A DNA stretch of 64,000 bases from an uncultured Rickettsia sp. (GTDB lineage Bacteria > Pseudomonadota > Alphaproteobacteria > Rickettsiales > JABSSG01). Location of the stretch: positions 13,881 to 77,880 of the forward strand of contig CAZEVK010000003.1 in NCBI GenBank assembly GCA_964515755.1, in the 5' to 3' direction. The notes under the pieces were generated by a model. That model made no database searches. It worked only from the letters and a program-made list of their open reading frames with translations, and had not been told where the DNA came from. Shown one piece after another: positions 18,749 to 28,791 of this stretch. Both the position numbers and the translations under genes were made by a program. The stretch's first letter is position 1, and each line of letters begins with the position of its first letter.

Positions 18749-19542
18749 ATGTTAGAAATTGTAGATTTAGTAGGAAAATTTATCTCTAATCCTCCTTTTA
18801 TTATTAGTATCTTAACACTAGGCTATTTTAGGTTGCAGCCGCAATAAATTTGCACATATAATAATAGCGGTATTATTCGCTACTATACTTGCAAGTTTAC
18901 TAAAATCTATTTTTAAATTACCTCTTCCGCCAGGTCATAATGAAGGATGGTCTTTTCCTAGCGGACATACTATTGCTAGTTTAGTACTTTGGTTTTCCAT
19001 TGCTATTGAATATCGCAGTAAAATTTTTTCATTAACTAGGAATAATAGCTTGCACAGCTACTATATTTGCCCTGATATACTATAACTATCATTTTCCGAT
19101 AGATATTGTTGGAGGTATAGTAATTAGCATTATATGGCTAAACATCTTCCAGTTCATTATAAAGAAATGGAGAAATAGGAATGAGTATGAAATTGCTATT
19201 TTATTGGGCGTAATAGGATTTTTTGCTAATTATTATAATTGTAGTCCCTTTAATTGGAAGTATAATTTATGGGCTGCTGATGCAATGTTATTTGGCTTTG
19301 GCTTAGGATGGAGCATTATATCGCCCAATAAAATAAATATAAATAATAATAAAATATTTAAGTCCTTAAGAATAGTAATTGGACTGACAGGATTATTAAT
19401 AATTTATTTCATCTTTGAATATTTAAAAATAAATACTTACGATAATATAGTGGCATTTTTTGAATTTTTCCTGCTTTCATTATGGATAAGCTTTTTCACT
19501 GAGCGAATTTTGAAATCTTTAAACAAAATATTTTGTGTTTAA
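18749..19542 (+). pseudogene. frameshifted PAP2-family phosphatase gene
   Basis: Three consecutive reading-frame pieces. Piece 1: ATG 18749..TAA ~18847 (MLEIVDLVGKF...). Piece 2: a second frame with ..KLPLPPGHNEGWSFPSGHTIASLVLW.. ending at the T-run 19024-19029. Piece 3: a third frame ..GIIACTATIFALIYYNYHFPIDIVGG.., continuous with the 19204-19542 ORF. Confidence 0.7.
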
Positions 19543-19723
19543 TTCTTTAAAAATCGAATATAAGAAAAAGTATGAAAAAACTTTATAGATTTTTTTAAAG
19601 AATTAGGATGAAGAGCTTAATTTACTATAAATTAAAATTTATAATACTTCCTTAATTCAACTAATTGCTTAACTATAATTTTTAAAGTTAGGCTTCATTA
19701 ACTTACAAATTAAAACGGTTACG

Positions 19724-21163
19724 ATGAATTTAATAAATATTTTTAAAAAAACTAATAACAATCACATAATATTTTTATTATTGGTTTTAGGTACTACATT
19801 ATGGTTTACGCCACAACCAGACGGATTGACAATAGAAGCATGGCATTTGTTAATAGTTTTTTTTATAACTATACTTACAATAATGACAAATACGCTTGCC
19901 TTAGGAGTAATAACTCTTCTTAGTACAGCATTTTGCATAACATTTCATCTTATACCCTTAGATCATGCATTAAGTGGATTTGGATCAAATATTGTATGGT
20001 TTGTAGTTTTTGCATTTTTTATTGCAAGAGGGCTTATTAAAACAGGACTAGGAAACAGAGTTGCATATTTTTTTATGTCTAAATTCGGTAAAAGTACTTT
20101 AGGTTTATCTTATGGTCTAGTCTTAACGGAGTTAATTTTAGCACCTGTTATTCCAAGTGCTAGTGCCAGAGGTGGTAGTATTATATTACCCATCATAGAA
20201 TCTTTAACCAACAAATATGCAGAGCAATATGGCAATCATCGTGAAAAGCATAAAAAACAAATTGGTGAATTTTTGACATTACTTTGTTTTCATACAAACG
20301 TTATTACAAGTGCTATGTTTTTAACTGCAATGGCAGCAAATCCCATTACAGCAAAATTAGCACTATTAAAAGGTATAAGTATAAGCTGGAATGATTGGGC
20401 TATTGGAGCATTTGTACCAGGCTTGCTATGCTTAATTATTTTTCCCATAATATTAAATATTATATGCAATCCAGGAATTTCTTATGGAGATACAGCACCC
20501 AAGCTTGCAAAAGAAGCATTGAAATCAATGGGAAAGTTAACTTCAAAAGAAACTATAATGATTTTCACTTTTTTATTTCTACTCGTATTATGGAGTGCTG
20601 AAAAGTATTTACAAATTAATGCTACAACAACGGCAATGATTGGGCTTGTTATATTGTTGATAGCTAAAGTTTTAACATGGAATGACATACTAAGTGAAAA
20701 AAGTGCGTGGGATACATTTATCTGGTTTGCAATTTTAATAATGCTTGCTGACTCATTAAACCTTATAGGTATTACAAGGTGGATGGACGTAAAGATGCAT
20801 GATGCAATTGTTAGAATTGATAGCAAAATTATAATTATTGTATTTTCTTGTATTTGCTTTTTCTACATACACTACGTATTTGCAAGTATAACAGCGCGTG
20901 TAACAGTTACATATACAACATTTTTGGTTACGTTCTTAAATATAGGGTTGCCGCCATTACCATCAGCTTTAGGCCTGGGATATTTATCAGTATTATCGGC
21001 TGGCCTTACTCATTATGGAATTGGGTCTGCTCCTATATTTTTTGGTGCCGGATATAGCACTACATCCAGGTGGTGGAAAAAGTCGTTTATTATAGCTTCT
21101 ACTAATTTATTTGTATGGAGCTTTTTTAGTTTAATATGGTGGAAAATTCTTGGCTGGTATTAA
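19724..21163 (+). CDS. DASS-family anion permease, DiT/SodiT-type 2-oxoglutarate/malate translocator homologue
   Basis: 479 aa, polytopic. GKSTLGLSYGL, PSASARGGSIILPI, EKSAWDT, FFGAGY and WWKILGWY match the plastid DiT1/chlamydial SodiT pattern as I recall it. Confidence 0.8.
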   Translation: MNLINIFKKTNNNHIIFLLLVLGTTLWFTPQPDGLTIEAWHLLIVFFITILTIMTNTLALGVITLLSTAFCITFHLIPLDHALSGFGSNIVWFVVFAFFIARGLIKTGLGNRVAYFFMSKFGKSTLGLSYGLVLTELILAPVIPSASARGGSIILPIIESLTNKYAEQYGNHREKHKKQIGEFLTLLCFHTNVITSAMFLTAMAANPITAKLALLKGISISWNDWAIGAFVPGLLCLIIFPIILNIICNPGISYGDTAPKLAKEALKSMGKLTSKETIMIFTFLFLLVLWSAEKYLQINATTTAMIGLVILLIAKVLTWNDILSEKSAWDTFIWFAILIMLADSLNLIGITRWMDVKMHDAIVRIDSKIIIIVFSCICFFYIHYVFASITARVTVTYTTFLVTFLNIGLPPLPSALGLGYLSVLSAGLTHYGIGSAPIFFGAGYSTTSRWWKKSFIIASTNLFVWSFFSLIWWKILGWY

Positions 21164-21288
21164 TATTAATAACTTTGATATTTTGAATTTTTTACGGAAT
21201 AAATAAACAAATTGTTTATGCGCTTTTATTAATTGCCTGGATACACTGTAGCTATAACTACACGATAATTGAATACTAATTTTTAATA

Positions 21289-23094
21289 TTATTTATCGCC
21301 AACTTTTAGAGCAGCAATAAATGCAGATTGAGGGATTTCAACATTTCCGAAAGAGCGCATTCTTTTTTTACCAGCTTTTTGTTTTTCTAATAATTTACGT
21401 TTACGAGAGATATCACCACCATAACATTTTGCAGTTACGTCTTTGCGTATAGCTTTTACACTTTCTCTAGCGATAATTTTACCGCCAATTGCTGCTTGAA
21501 TAGCGACTTGAAATAAATGCTGAGGAATGAGATCTTTTAGGCGAGTGCATAACTCTCTACCTCGAGCCTCCGAACGTGCTCTATGAACGATTAATGACAG
21601 AGCATCAACTGGTTGAGAGTTTACCAAAATTGTGACCTTAACTAAATCTCCTCTTTCATAACTGTCCATGTGCCAATCAAAACTAGCATACCCACGTGAG
21701 CAAGATTTTAACTTGTCATAGAAATCAAATACTACTTCATTAAGAGGAAGTTTATATGTCAACATTGCACGTGCTCCTACATAAGTAAGATCAACTTGGA
21801 TACCTCTTTTTTCTGTACATAATGACAGTACCACTCCTAAATACTCATCTGGTACCAATATTGTTGCTTTAATCCAAGGTTCTTCAATAAAATCAATTTT
21901 TATTGGGTCAGGCATATCATTTGGATTATGAACTTCTAAAATCTTATCAGAGTTTTTGATATAAATTTTATAAATTACACTAGGCGCGGTAGTTACTAAG
22001 TCTAAATTAAATTCTCGATCAAGGCGTTCTTGAACGATTTCTAAATGTAATAAACCAAGAAATCCACAACGAAAACCAAAACCAAGAGCACTAGAACTTT
22101 CTAGTTCATATTCAAAACTTGAGTCGTTTAGTCTTAGCTTGGATAAAGATTCACGTAATTTTTCAAATTCTGAGGAATCAGCTGGATATAATCCACAGAA
22201 TACTACAGGAAGATTTGGTTGAAATCCTGGTAAGATTTTAGGTTTTAAATTAGTTTGTTCGATGATGGTATCTCCTACTTTACAATCTACGACTTGTTTG
22301 ATTGAAGCAGTAAAGAAACCAACTTCTCCAGCTTTTAATGAATCAACAGATGTTTTTTTAGGAGTAAATATACCAACACTATCAACTGAATAACAGGCAT
22401 CTGTTGCAACCATTTTTATCTGAGATGCTTTCTTTAACTCACCGTCTATAATTCTAACCAGAATTACTACACCGAGATAGCTATCATACCAGCTATCTAC
22501 TAGTAGTGCACATAAAGGCGATGCTACATCTCCTTTTGGAGCAGGGAGTTTTGTCACTATTGCTTCTAAAACAGCCTTGATCCCAAGACCGCTTTTAGCG
22601 GAAATAGGTATAGCATCACTTGCATCAATACCTATTACGTCTTCAATTTGTTTTTTGACTCTATCTGATTCGGCTGCCGGCAAATCAATTTTATTAAGTA
22701 CTGGCACAATTTCATGATTATTATCGATAGCTTTATATACATTAGCTAAAGTTTGGGCTTCAACTCCTTGGCTTGCGTCAACTACGAGTAAAGAGCCTTC
22801 ACATGCAGCAAGAGATCTACTTACTTCATAAGAGAAATCGACATGGCCTGGAGTATCTATAAGATTTAAAATATAGGTTTTTTTATCATCTGCCTTATAT
22901 TTTAATCTTACTGTTTGGGCTTTAATAGTGATGCCGCGTTCTTTCTCAATATCCATTGAATCAAGTACCTGAGAAGTCATTTCTCTAGATTCAAGACCAC
23001 CGCAAAATTCAATTAAACGGTCAGCCAGGGTTGACTTTCCATGATCAATATGTGCTATGATAGCAAAGTTACGAATTAAAGATAAGCTGTACAT
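21289..23094 (-). CDS. lepA: elongation factor 4
   Basis: 601 aa. G1 [10 protein letters not shown]3 [13 protein letters not shown], and a LepA-specific C-terminal domain. Confidence 0.95.
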   Translation of the reverse strand: MYSLSLIRNFAIIAHIDHGKSTLADRLIEFCGGLESREMTSQVLDSMDIEKERGITIKAQTVRLKYKADDKKTYILNLIDTPGHVDFSYEVSRSLAACEGSLLVVDASQGVEAQTLANVYKAIDNNHEIVPVLNKIDLPAAESDRVKKQIEDVIGIDASDAIPISAKSGLGIKAVLEAIVTKLPAPKGDVASPLCALLVDSWYDSYLGVVILVRIIDGELKKASQIKMVATDACYSVDSVGIFTPKKTSVDSLKAGEVGFFTASIKQVVDCKVGDTIIEQTNLKPKILPGFQPNLPVVFCGLYPADSSEFEKLRESLSKLRLNDSSFEYELESSSALGFGFRCGFLGLLHLEIVQERLDREFNLDLVTTAPSVIYKIYIKNSDKILEVHNPNDMPDPIKIDFIEEPWIKATILVPDEYLGVVLSLCTEKRGIQVDLTYVGARAMLTYKLPLNEVVFDFYDKLKSCSRGYASFDWHMDSYERGDLVKVTILVNSQPVDALSLIVHRARSEARGRELCTRLKDLIPQHLFQVAIQAAIGGKIIARESVKAIRKDVTAKCYGGDISRKRKLLEKQKAGKKRMRSFGNVEIPQSAFIAALKVGDK

Positions 23095-23180
23095 ATATTA
23101 AAAATTATTTTACAAATACTACAAATAAAAATCTATTATACTGAAAACTTTTAATAATAAAACCTGTAATCATCATTAAG

Positions 23181-24276
23181 ATGCGTAATGAAACCGAAAA
23201 TGTTGTAAAAAGAATAGAGCAGTCTCTTGTATTGCTCAGGAGGTCACTTTGACCTTGAAGAATTGTCTCATGAATTATCAAAATTAAAGATTGAAGCAGC
23301 AAATCCTAATATTTGGAGTGACAATAATAAAGCTAGAAGCTTGCTTAAAAGGCAAACTTTTGTTCAAAACTTGCTAGATTCATTTTACAATTTAGAAAAT
23401 AATTTTAAAGATACGATTGAGCTTATTAATTTAGCAGAATCAGATGATGATAGAATTTTGCTTAATGAATCAGAAGCTAATTTAAACAATATAGAACGTG
23501 AGGCAAAGAGCTTTGAAATAGAATGCTTGTTTTCTGGTGAAGCTGATGGTAATAACTGTTTTTTAGAAATTCATGCTGGGGCAGGTGGTACAGAAAGTCA
23601 TGATTGGGCATTAATTTTGCTTAGAATGTATATAAGGTTTTGTGAACGTCATAATTTTAAGTTTGAAATTGTAGATGAGCTTGATGGAGAGGATGCAGGA
23701 ATTAAGTCTTCTACTATTAAAGTAGAAGGCAAAAACGTTTATGGTTGGTTAAAAACTGAAAGTGGTGTTCATAGATTAGTGAGAATCTCACCTTTTAATG
23801 CTGCCGGAAAAAGGCAAACTAGTTTTGCTAGCGTTTGGGTATATCCAATTGTTGATGATTCTATTAAGGTTGAAATTAATGATAAGGATTTGAGAATAGA
23901 TACTTATAGGGCTTCTGGGGCAGGTGGACAACATATTAATAAAACTGATAGTGCAGTGAGAATTACTCATATACCAACTAATATTGTAGTGCAATGTCAA
24001 AGTAGTAGATCACAACATCGTAATCGTGCAGATGCATTTTCTATGTTAAGATCTAAGTTATATGAGTTAGAGTTAAAAAATAGAGAAGACAAAATCAAAG
24101 CTCAAAATGCTAAAAAGACTGATAATTCATGGGGTAATCAGATTAGATCATATGTGTTACAGCCGTATCAGATGGTAAAAGACCATAGATCTAATTATGA
24201 GACTAGTGCTACAAATGATATTTTAGACGGAGAATTAGATGATATGATTTCAAATAGTTTAGCTCATTTATCTTAA
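23181..24276 (+). CDS. prfB: peptide chain release factor 2 (requires programmed +1 frameshift)
   Basis: Frame 0: ATG 23181 ... CTT (23247-23249) TGA (23250-23252). Shifting +1 continues at GAC 23251 in the frame of the 349-aa ORF. SPF tripeptide (RISPFNAAG) and GGQ (SGAGGQHINK) are present. Confidence 0.92.
23241..23253 (+). promoter_or_regulatory. RF2 autoregulatory +1 frameshift site
   Basis: AGGAGG-TCA-CTT-TGA-C: an internal Shine-Dalgarno 3 nt upstream of the slippery CUU UGA C. Same architecture as E. coli AGGGGG-UAU-CUU-UGA-C. Confidence 0.88.
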
Positions 24277-24296
24277 ATATTTTAGTTTGGTAAATT

Positions 24297-25214
24297 ATGA
24301 CATATCAGAAATTACAAAATGGTGACATTGTAGACATAATAGCTCCATCTTCTTCTAGAGATGTAGATTTAAAAGCTGTTGAAAACATAGCTCGAGGTTT
24401 TGATCTTATCCCACGTATACAAGATAATATTATTGCGCGAGGAGCTGATTTTTTTTCTGCAAATACTGATGAGATTAGGTTTGAGCAATTAAAGCAAGCG
24501 ATATATACGAAAGATTCAAAGGTAATTTGGTCTTTTAGAGGTGGTTATGGTGCGACGCGCTTAATACCTAAATTACTTAATTTACCACTACCAATATATC
24601 CTAAAATTCTTATTGGTTACAGTGACATTACAGCTTTACATATTTTATGTACTCAAAGGTATGGTTGGTCAACTCTACATGGTAGAACTCTTAGTGAGTT
24701 TGTTGCACGTGATACTAATAAAGCTGAAATTATTGCAATGAAAGAAGTTTTATTTGGTCAAAGTAAAGTGGTGTTTAATAACTTAAAATCATTAAATAAA
24801 ATTGCTTTAATTGATAAAGAAATAAAATCTGAAGTTATTGGTGGAAATCTTGCGCTTATCCAAACCAGTCTTGGAACTTCATGGCAATTTAATGCTGACC
24901 ATAAAATTATCTTATTAGAAGATGTTGATGAAAGAGGCTATAGTATTGATAGGATGTTAACTCATCTTACTCAGGCAGGTATATTTGATAAAGCATTAGC
25001 AGTGATTATTGGAGATATTATGTGCAACCCTGAGAAAGATGGCACAATGTTGTGTGACCAGGCTATTGCTAGATTTGCAAATTCTTTAAATACTCCAGTT
25101 TTATCATGTCCGCGAATTGGGCATGGTAAGTATAACTGGCCTGTTCCTTTTAATATGGCTGCATTATTGACTTTAGGCAAATTACCAACTTTAACAATAG
25201 ATACGTTTAGATAA
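24297..25214 (+). CDS. ldcA: LD-carboxypeptidase (peptidase S66, muramoyltetrapeptide carboxypeptidase)
   Basis: 305 aa. Nucleophile motif GYSDITALH, LLEDVDE and a C-terminal GHG. Confidence 0.8.
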   Translation: MTYQKLQNGDIVDIIAPSSSRDVDLKAVENIARGFDLIPRIQDNIIARGADFFSANTDEIRFEQLKQAIYTKDSKVIWSFRGGYGATRLIPKLLNLPLPIYPKILIGYSDITALHILCTQRYGWSTLHGRTLSEFVARDTNKAEIIAMKEVLFGQSKVVFNNLKSLNKIALIDKEIKSEVIGGNLALIQTSLGTSWQFNADHKIILLEDVDERGYSIDRMLTHLTQAGIFDKALAVIIGDIMCNPEKDGTMLCDQAIARFANSLNTPVLSCPRIGHGKYNWPVPFNMAALLTLGKLPTLTIDTFR

Positions 25215-26114
25215 ATGCAAATAAAAATTGGTACCAGAGTAAGTAAACTTGCCTTAATTCAAGCAGAAGAAGTAAGACAAGCATTACTTGTTTCACATGT
25301 TAATTTGAATCCTGAAGAACTTGTTTTAGTTCCGATTAAAACCACAGGTGATAAAATATTAAATAAAAATTTATACGATGTTGGTGGTAAAGGTCTATTT
25401 ATTAAAGAAATTGAAGAAGCATTGCTGGATAAATCTATTGATATTGCTGTTCATTCAATGAAAGACATGCCGGCGTTTCTACCTGAGCAGCTTGTTGTAA
25501 ATTGTATATTAGAACGTGAAGATCCTCGGGATGCGTTTTTATCATTTAGTGGCGGTGATATTGCCAGTTTGTCAAAAGGGGCTTCTGTAGGAACTTGCGC
25601 ACCTAGACGTGTAGCGCAGTTTTTACATTTAAGACCAGATGTTCAAATTGTTACTATACGTGGAAATGTTGATACAAGAATAGAAAAACTAGAACAGCAT
25701 TTAGTCGATGCAACTATTTTGGCTGTGGCTGGCTTAAAGCGTTGTCAAATTCCTTCGGAAAAGTACACTATTATTAGTGAGGATGATATGTTGCCAGCAA
25801 TAGCACAAGGAGCAATTGGGGTTGAATGCAGAAAAACTGATGACAAAATATTAAGCTTATTAAGTAAAATTAATCATCAAACTTCATTTGCTGCTATTAC
25901 TGCAGAACGTGGGTTTTTGGAAGGATTAAATGCTAGTTGTAAAACCCCTATTGCTGCTTATGCTACTATTAGTGGCGACCAGTTATATTTAAGGTGCTTA
26001 GTTTCTTCTCTTGACGGTAAGAAAATTACTAAGACAGAGAGATTAGGTAAAATAAAAGATGGTTATGATCTTGGGTTAGATGCTGCCACACAACTTAAAA
26101 ATTTATTATATTAA
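25215..26114 (+). CDS. hemC: hydroxymethylbilane synthase (porphobilinogen deaminase)
   Basis: 299 aa. IGTRVSKLALIQA, HSMKDMP, RGNVDTR, and the cofactor Cys region GLNASCKTPIAAYA. Confidence 0.93.
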   Translation: MQIKIGTRVSKLALIQAEEVRQALLVSHVNLNPEELVLVPIKTTGDKILNKNLYDVGGKGLFIKEIEEALLDKSIDIAVHSMKDMPAFLPEQLVVNCILEREDPRDAFLSFSGGDIASLSKGASVGTCAPRRVAQFLHLRPDVQIVTIRGNVDTRIEKLEQHLVDATILAVAGLKRCQIPSEKYTIISEDDMLPAIAQGAIGVECRKTDDKILSLLSKINHQTSFAAITAERGFLEGLNASCKTPIAAYATISGDQLYLRCLVSSLDGKKITKTERLGKIKDGYDLGLDAATQLKNLLY

Positions 26115-26115
26115 T

Positions 26116-26847
26116 ATGACTGTTTTACTAACTCGTACTGTTAAAGATAGTGAGAATCTTGCTAAACAACTTGAGAGTTTTGGTATCGGTACCTATATTG
26201 AGCCAATGTTTAATGTAGAATATTTAGATTATGATTTAAACTCTGTTGAGTTATTTTCAAGTCAGGCTGTGCTTTTTACTAGTAAGAATGCAATTAATGC
26301 GATTAGAAATAATATTCAAAATTTTATTCATTTAAAATGTTTTGTTATTGGTAATGCAACAGCAAAAGTAGCTAAAAAACTTAAGTTTAATAATATTTAT
26401 GTTGCTAATAATGATGCTAAATCTTTAGCTAATCTAATTTTAAAAGAAATCATTATTAAAGATGGGAAGTTGCTTTATTTTTGTAGTGAATTGATTACTT
26501 TGGATTTTAAGAAAGAGTTAGAAAAGTATGGATATAATGTACACAAATTTTGTGTATACAAAACTGTTCCAGCAAATGACTTTTCTAAGGAGCTTAAGAG
26601 TAAAATAATAAACAATAAAATTAAAATAATTCTGCTATACTCATTTAACACAGCTGCGATATTTTTGGATTTAATAAAAAAAAATAATATGCTAAAATTT
26701 CTTTCTGATATTAATCTTATGGTTATTAGTAAAAAAGTAAAGCTATTAGCTGAAGTGAATAACTGGAAGTCTATATTAATATTTGATATTGACCAACCAA
26801 AGAAAATTGCAAAAAAGATTAGAAATTATTATGAAGCCAGTAAATGA
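26116..26847 (+). CDS. hemD: uroporphyrinogen-III synthase
   Basis: ATG 26116, 1 nt after the hemC stop. HemD-like pattern (VLLTRT...., VLFTSKNAINA, VIGNATAKVA). Low-complexity and divergent. Confidence 0.78.
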   Translation: MTVLLTRTVKDSENLAKQLESFGIGTYIEPMFNVEYLDYDLNSVELFSSQAVLFTSKNAINAIRNNIQNFIHLKCFVIGNATAKVAKKLKFNNIYVANNDAKSLANLILKEIIIKDGKLLYFCSELITLDFKKELEKYGYNVHKFCVYKTVPANDFSKELKSKIINNKIKIILLYSFNTAAIFLDLIKKNNMLKFLSDINLMVISKKVKLLAEVNNWKSILIFDIDQPKKIAKKIRNYYEASK

Positions 26848-27622
26848 AAATATACAAAAAAAAAGCAATATGCGTGCAAAGCTCGTGAAATTTTTTTTTC
26901 TGATAGTAATTATTTCTATCTTATATTTTGCTTTTATAAAAATTTCCGAAAAAAACCAATTAAGTACACCGATAGATCATGTGTCTCAGGATATAGTTAA
27001 AAACTATGAACCAGATAATCCTAAATTAGTTAAAGACAAAACAAATATCAAATTTAAAGAATATGTAGATGCAAACTATGTTGACCTATTGTTATTAATC
27101 AGCAATACAAATTTGAGCTTAAAAAATAATGCGGATATTGCTCAAATGATTGAAAAATTAAATTCTATGAATTTATATGATTCTAAATTGAAAGAATTAG
27201 TTGCTCAACTGAATTCATATAATTTTTTGAAGATAGATAATTATTATACGCTTAATCAACAATTTCAAAGTTTATATGATCAATTGATTATGAGTATTGC
27301 TTTGGACGAGATTTCTAATAACTGGCTTTATAAATACTTTCACAAAATTATATCTATAAGAAAAATTGGTCAACGTGCGATTGAAGGAGGAGGGATTGAT
27401 AGCCTTCTAGCTCAAGCAAAAGCTGCTATGGATAATGATAATTTACAACAGGCACTTTATTTGATCAATTCAATGCCAGAGGTTCAAAAAAATATTGCTA
27501 GCGAGTGGTTAGCTAAGCTGAATAATTTTGTTCAGATTCAAGATATAGTCAATAAAATGTATGATTTAGTTACAACGCCACAATATCGAAGCAAATTTTC
27601 TATGGTCTGTAGCGATGATTAG
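26831..27622 (+). CDS. HemX-position membrane protein with mitofilin-like C-terminus (alphaproteobacterial Mic60 homologue)
   Basis: N-terminal TM (LVKFFFLIVIISILYFAFI), a coiled-coil middle, and C-terminal ISIRKIGQRAIEGGGIDSLLAQAKAAMDNDNLQQALYLINSMPEVQKNIASEWLAKL, which matches the mitofilin-domain pattern. Sits between hemD and hemY. Start is 26831 or 26870. Confidence 0.6.
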   Translation: MKPVNENIQKKSNMRAKLVKFFFLIVIISILYFAFIKISEKNQLSTPIDHVSQDIVKNYEPDNPKLVKDKTNIKFKEYVDANYVDLLLLISNTNLSLKNNADIAQMIEKLNSMNLYDSKLKELVAQLNSYNFLKIDNYYTLNQQFQSLYDQLIMSIALDEISNNWLYKYFHKIISIRKIGQRAIEGGGIDSLLAQAKAAMDNDNLQQALYLINSMPEVQKNIASEWLAKLNNFVQIQDIVNKMYDLVTTPQYRSKFSMVCSDD

Positions 27623-28790
27623 ATCTATATTTTTTTTATTTTTAGTATTTACTCTTTCTTCACTGTTTTATTTCTTTTTTAGCGATGCTGGTGATATTAA
27701 GATATATTTTGCTGATTATTATATTGTTATTTCAGTAGGTATGTTTTGTATAATTTTATTGCTATTGGCGTTTTTGTTTTTTTGGGTTGTTGGTATACTC
27801 TGGTGGTTAAGGAATTTACCTAAAACTTTACTTAAATCACGCGATGAATTTGGTTATCAAAAAGCTGTAACTGAGATATTTGATATAGTTTGCGCATTAG
27901 AATCAGAAAATAATGACTTAGCAATAAAGTTATGCCAGAAAAAAAATATATTATCAATTAAGCATCCTATTATAAATCTAATTTCTTGGCGTGTTGCATG
28001 TATAGATAGTCGCTGTAATGAAAGTGATATCGAGAAAATTTCATTTTTAATGAAGGAAGATACTAAAACTTTGGTACCAGCAATTAAAGAGCTTGTTACT
28101 AATAAGCTAAAAGTTGGTGACTTCGAAGCTGCTAGTCAATATTTATGGTTATTAGAAAAGTTACCTTATAAACCAAATTGGTTTTATAGAGTAAAAATTA
28201 CTGTAAGCATTGGAACTCAAAAGTGGGATGAAGCTGTTATTGCTTTAGAAAAATTATCTAAACAACGCCACATTGATACTCTAGAAACAAAATCTTTAAC
28301 ATCATTAATATATTATTTAAAGGCCAAATTTTATTTGAGTCAGAATTTAAATGATGGAGCAATTTCTATATTAAAAAAGAGTCTAAGTTTAAATAATACT
28401 CATATAGAAACGGTACTGTTAATGGCAGATTTGCTTTGTATGCAATCAAAAACTAAAGATGCAGTTAGCTTTATTAGCAAGTCTTGGGCAGTAAACCCTA
28501 ATTATAAATTATTAAAAAAAGTGGAATCAATTTACCAAAACCTCCCGATAATTAAACGGTTTGAGGAATTGGAAAAACTGACTTCCTTAAATAAAAGTGA
28601 TGAGGCTTATCTAATTTTTGTGAGAGTCGCCTTAAAATTAAATTTATTAGATAAAGCTAATAAATATTTGGCCTTGTGTAAAAAAAATAACAATGATTCT
28701 TATAGAAAGTTATCAGCATTTTATAAATTATTGACTCAAGAAGATAAGGATGTTGCGCTTAATTATTTGAAAAATTTTCTCGAAGAATAA
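27615..28790 (+). CDS. hemY: HemY-like TPR membrane protein (HemY_N domain)
   Basis: 391 aa. Two N-terminal TM helices flanking a short loop, then TPR-like helical repeats. Overlaps the upstream gene by 8 nt. Confidence 0.7.
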   Translation: MIRSIFFLFLVFTLSSLFYFFFSDAGDIKIYFADYYIVISVGMFCIILLLLAFLFFWVVGILWWLRNLPKTLLKSRDEFGYQKAVTEIFDIVCALESENNDLAIKLCQKKNILSIKHPIINLISWRVACIDSRCNESDIEKISFLMKEDTKTLVPAIKELVTNKLKVGDFEAASQYLWLLEKLPYKPNWFYRVKITVSIGTQKWDEAVIALEKLSKQRHIDTLETKSLTSLIYYLKAKFYLSQNLNDGAISILKKSLSLNNTHIETVLLMADLLCMQSKTKDAVSFISKSWAVNPNYKLLKKVESIYQNLPIIKRFEELEKLTSLNKSDEAYLIFVRVALKLNLLDKANKYLALCKKNNNDSYRKLSAFYKLLTQEDKDVALNYLKNFLEE

Positions 28791-28791
28791 T

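Noticed and set aside
19541-19604. Perfect 13-bp inverted repeat (aattctttaaaaa ... tttttaaagaatt) with a 38-nt loop, starting at the stop of the PAP2 pseudogene.
   Set aside because: It is almost pure A/T with a large loop and no following T-tract. It could be a decayed terminator, but it is not distinguishable from chance symmetry in this composition.
23105-23302. 65-aa minus-strand ORF in the lepA/prfB divergent region.
   Set aside because: It overlaps the prfB frame-0 leader and the frameshift site on the opposite strand, and has no motifs. The region is explained by prfB.
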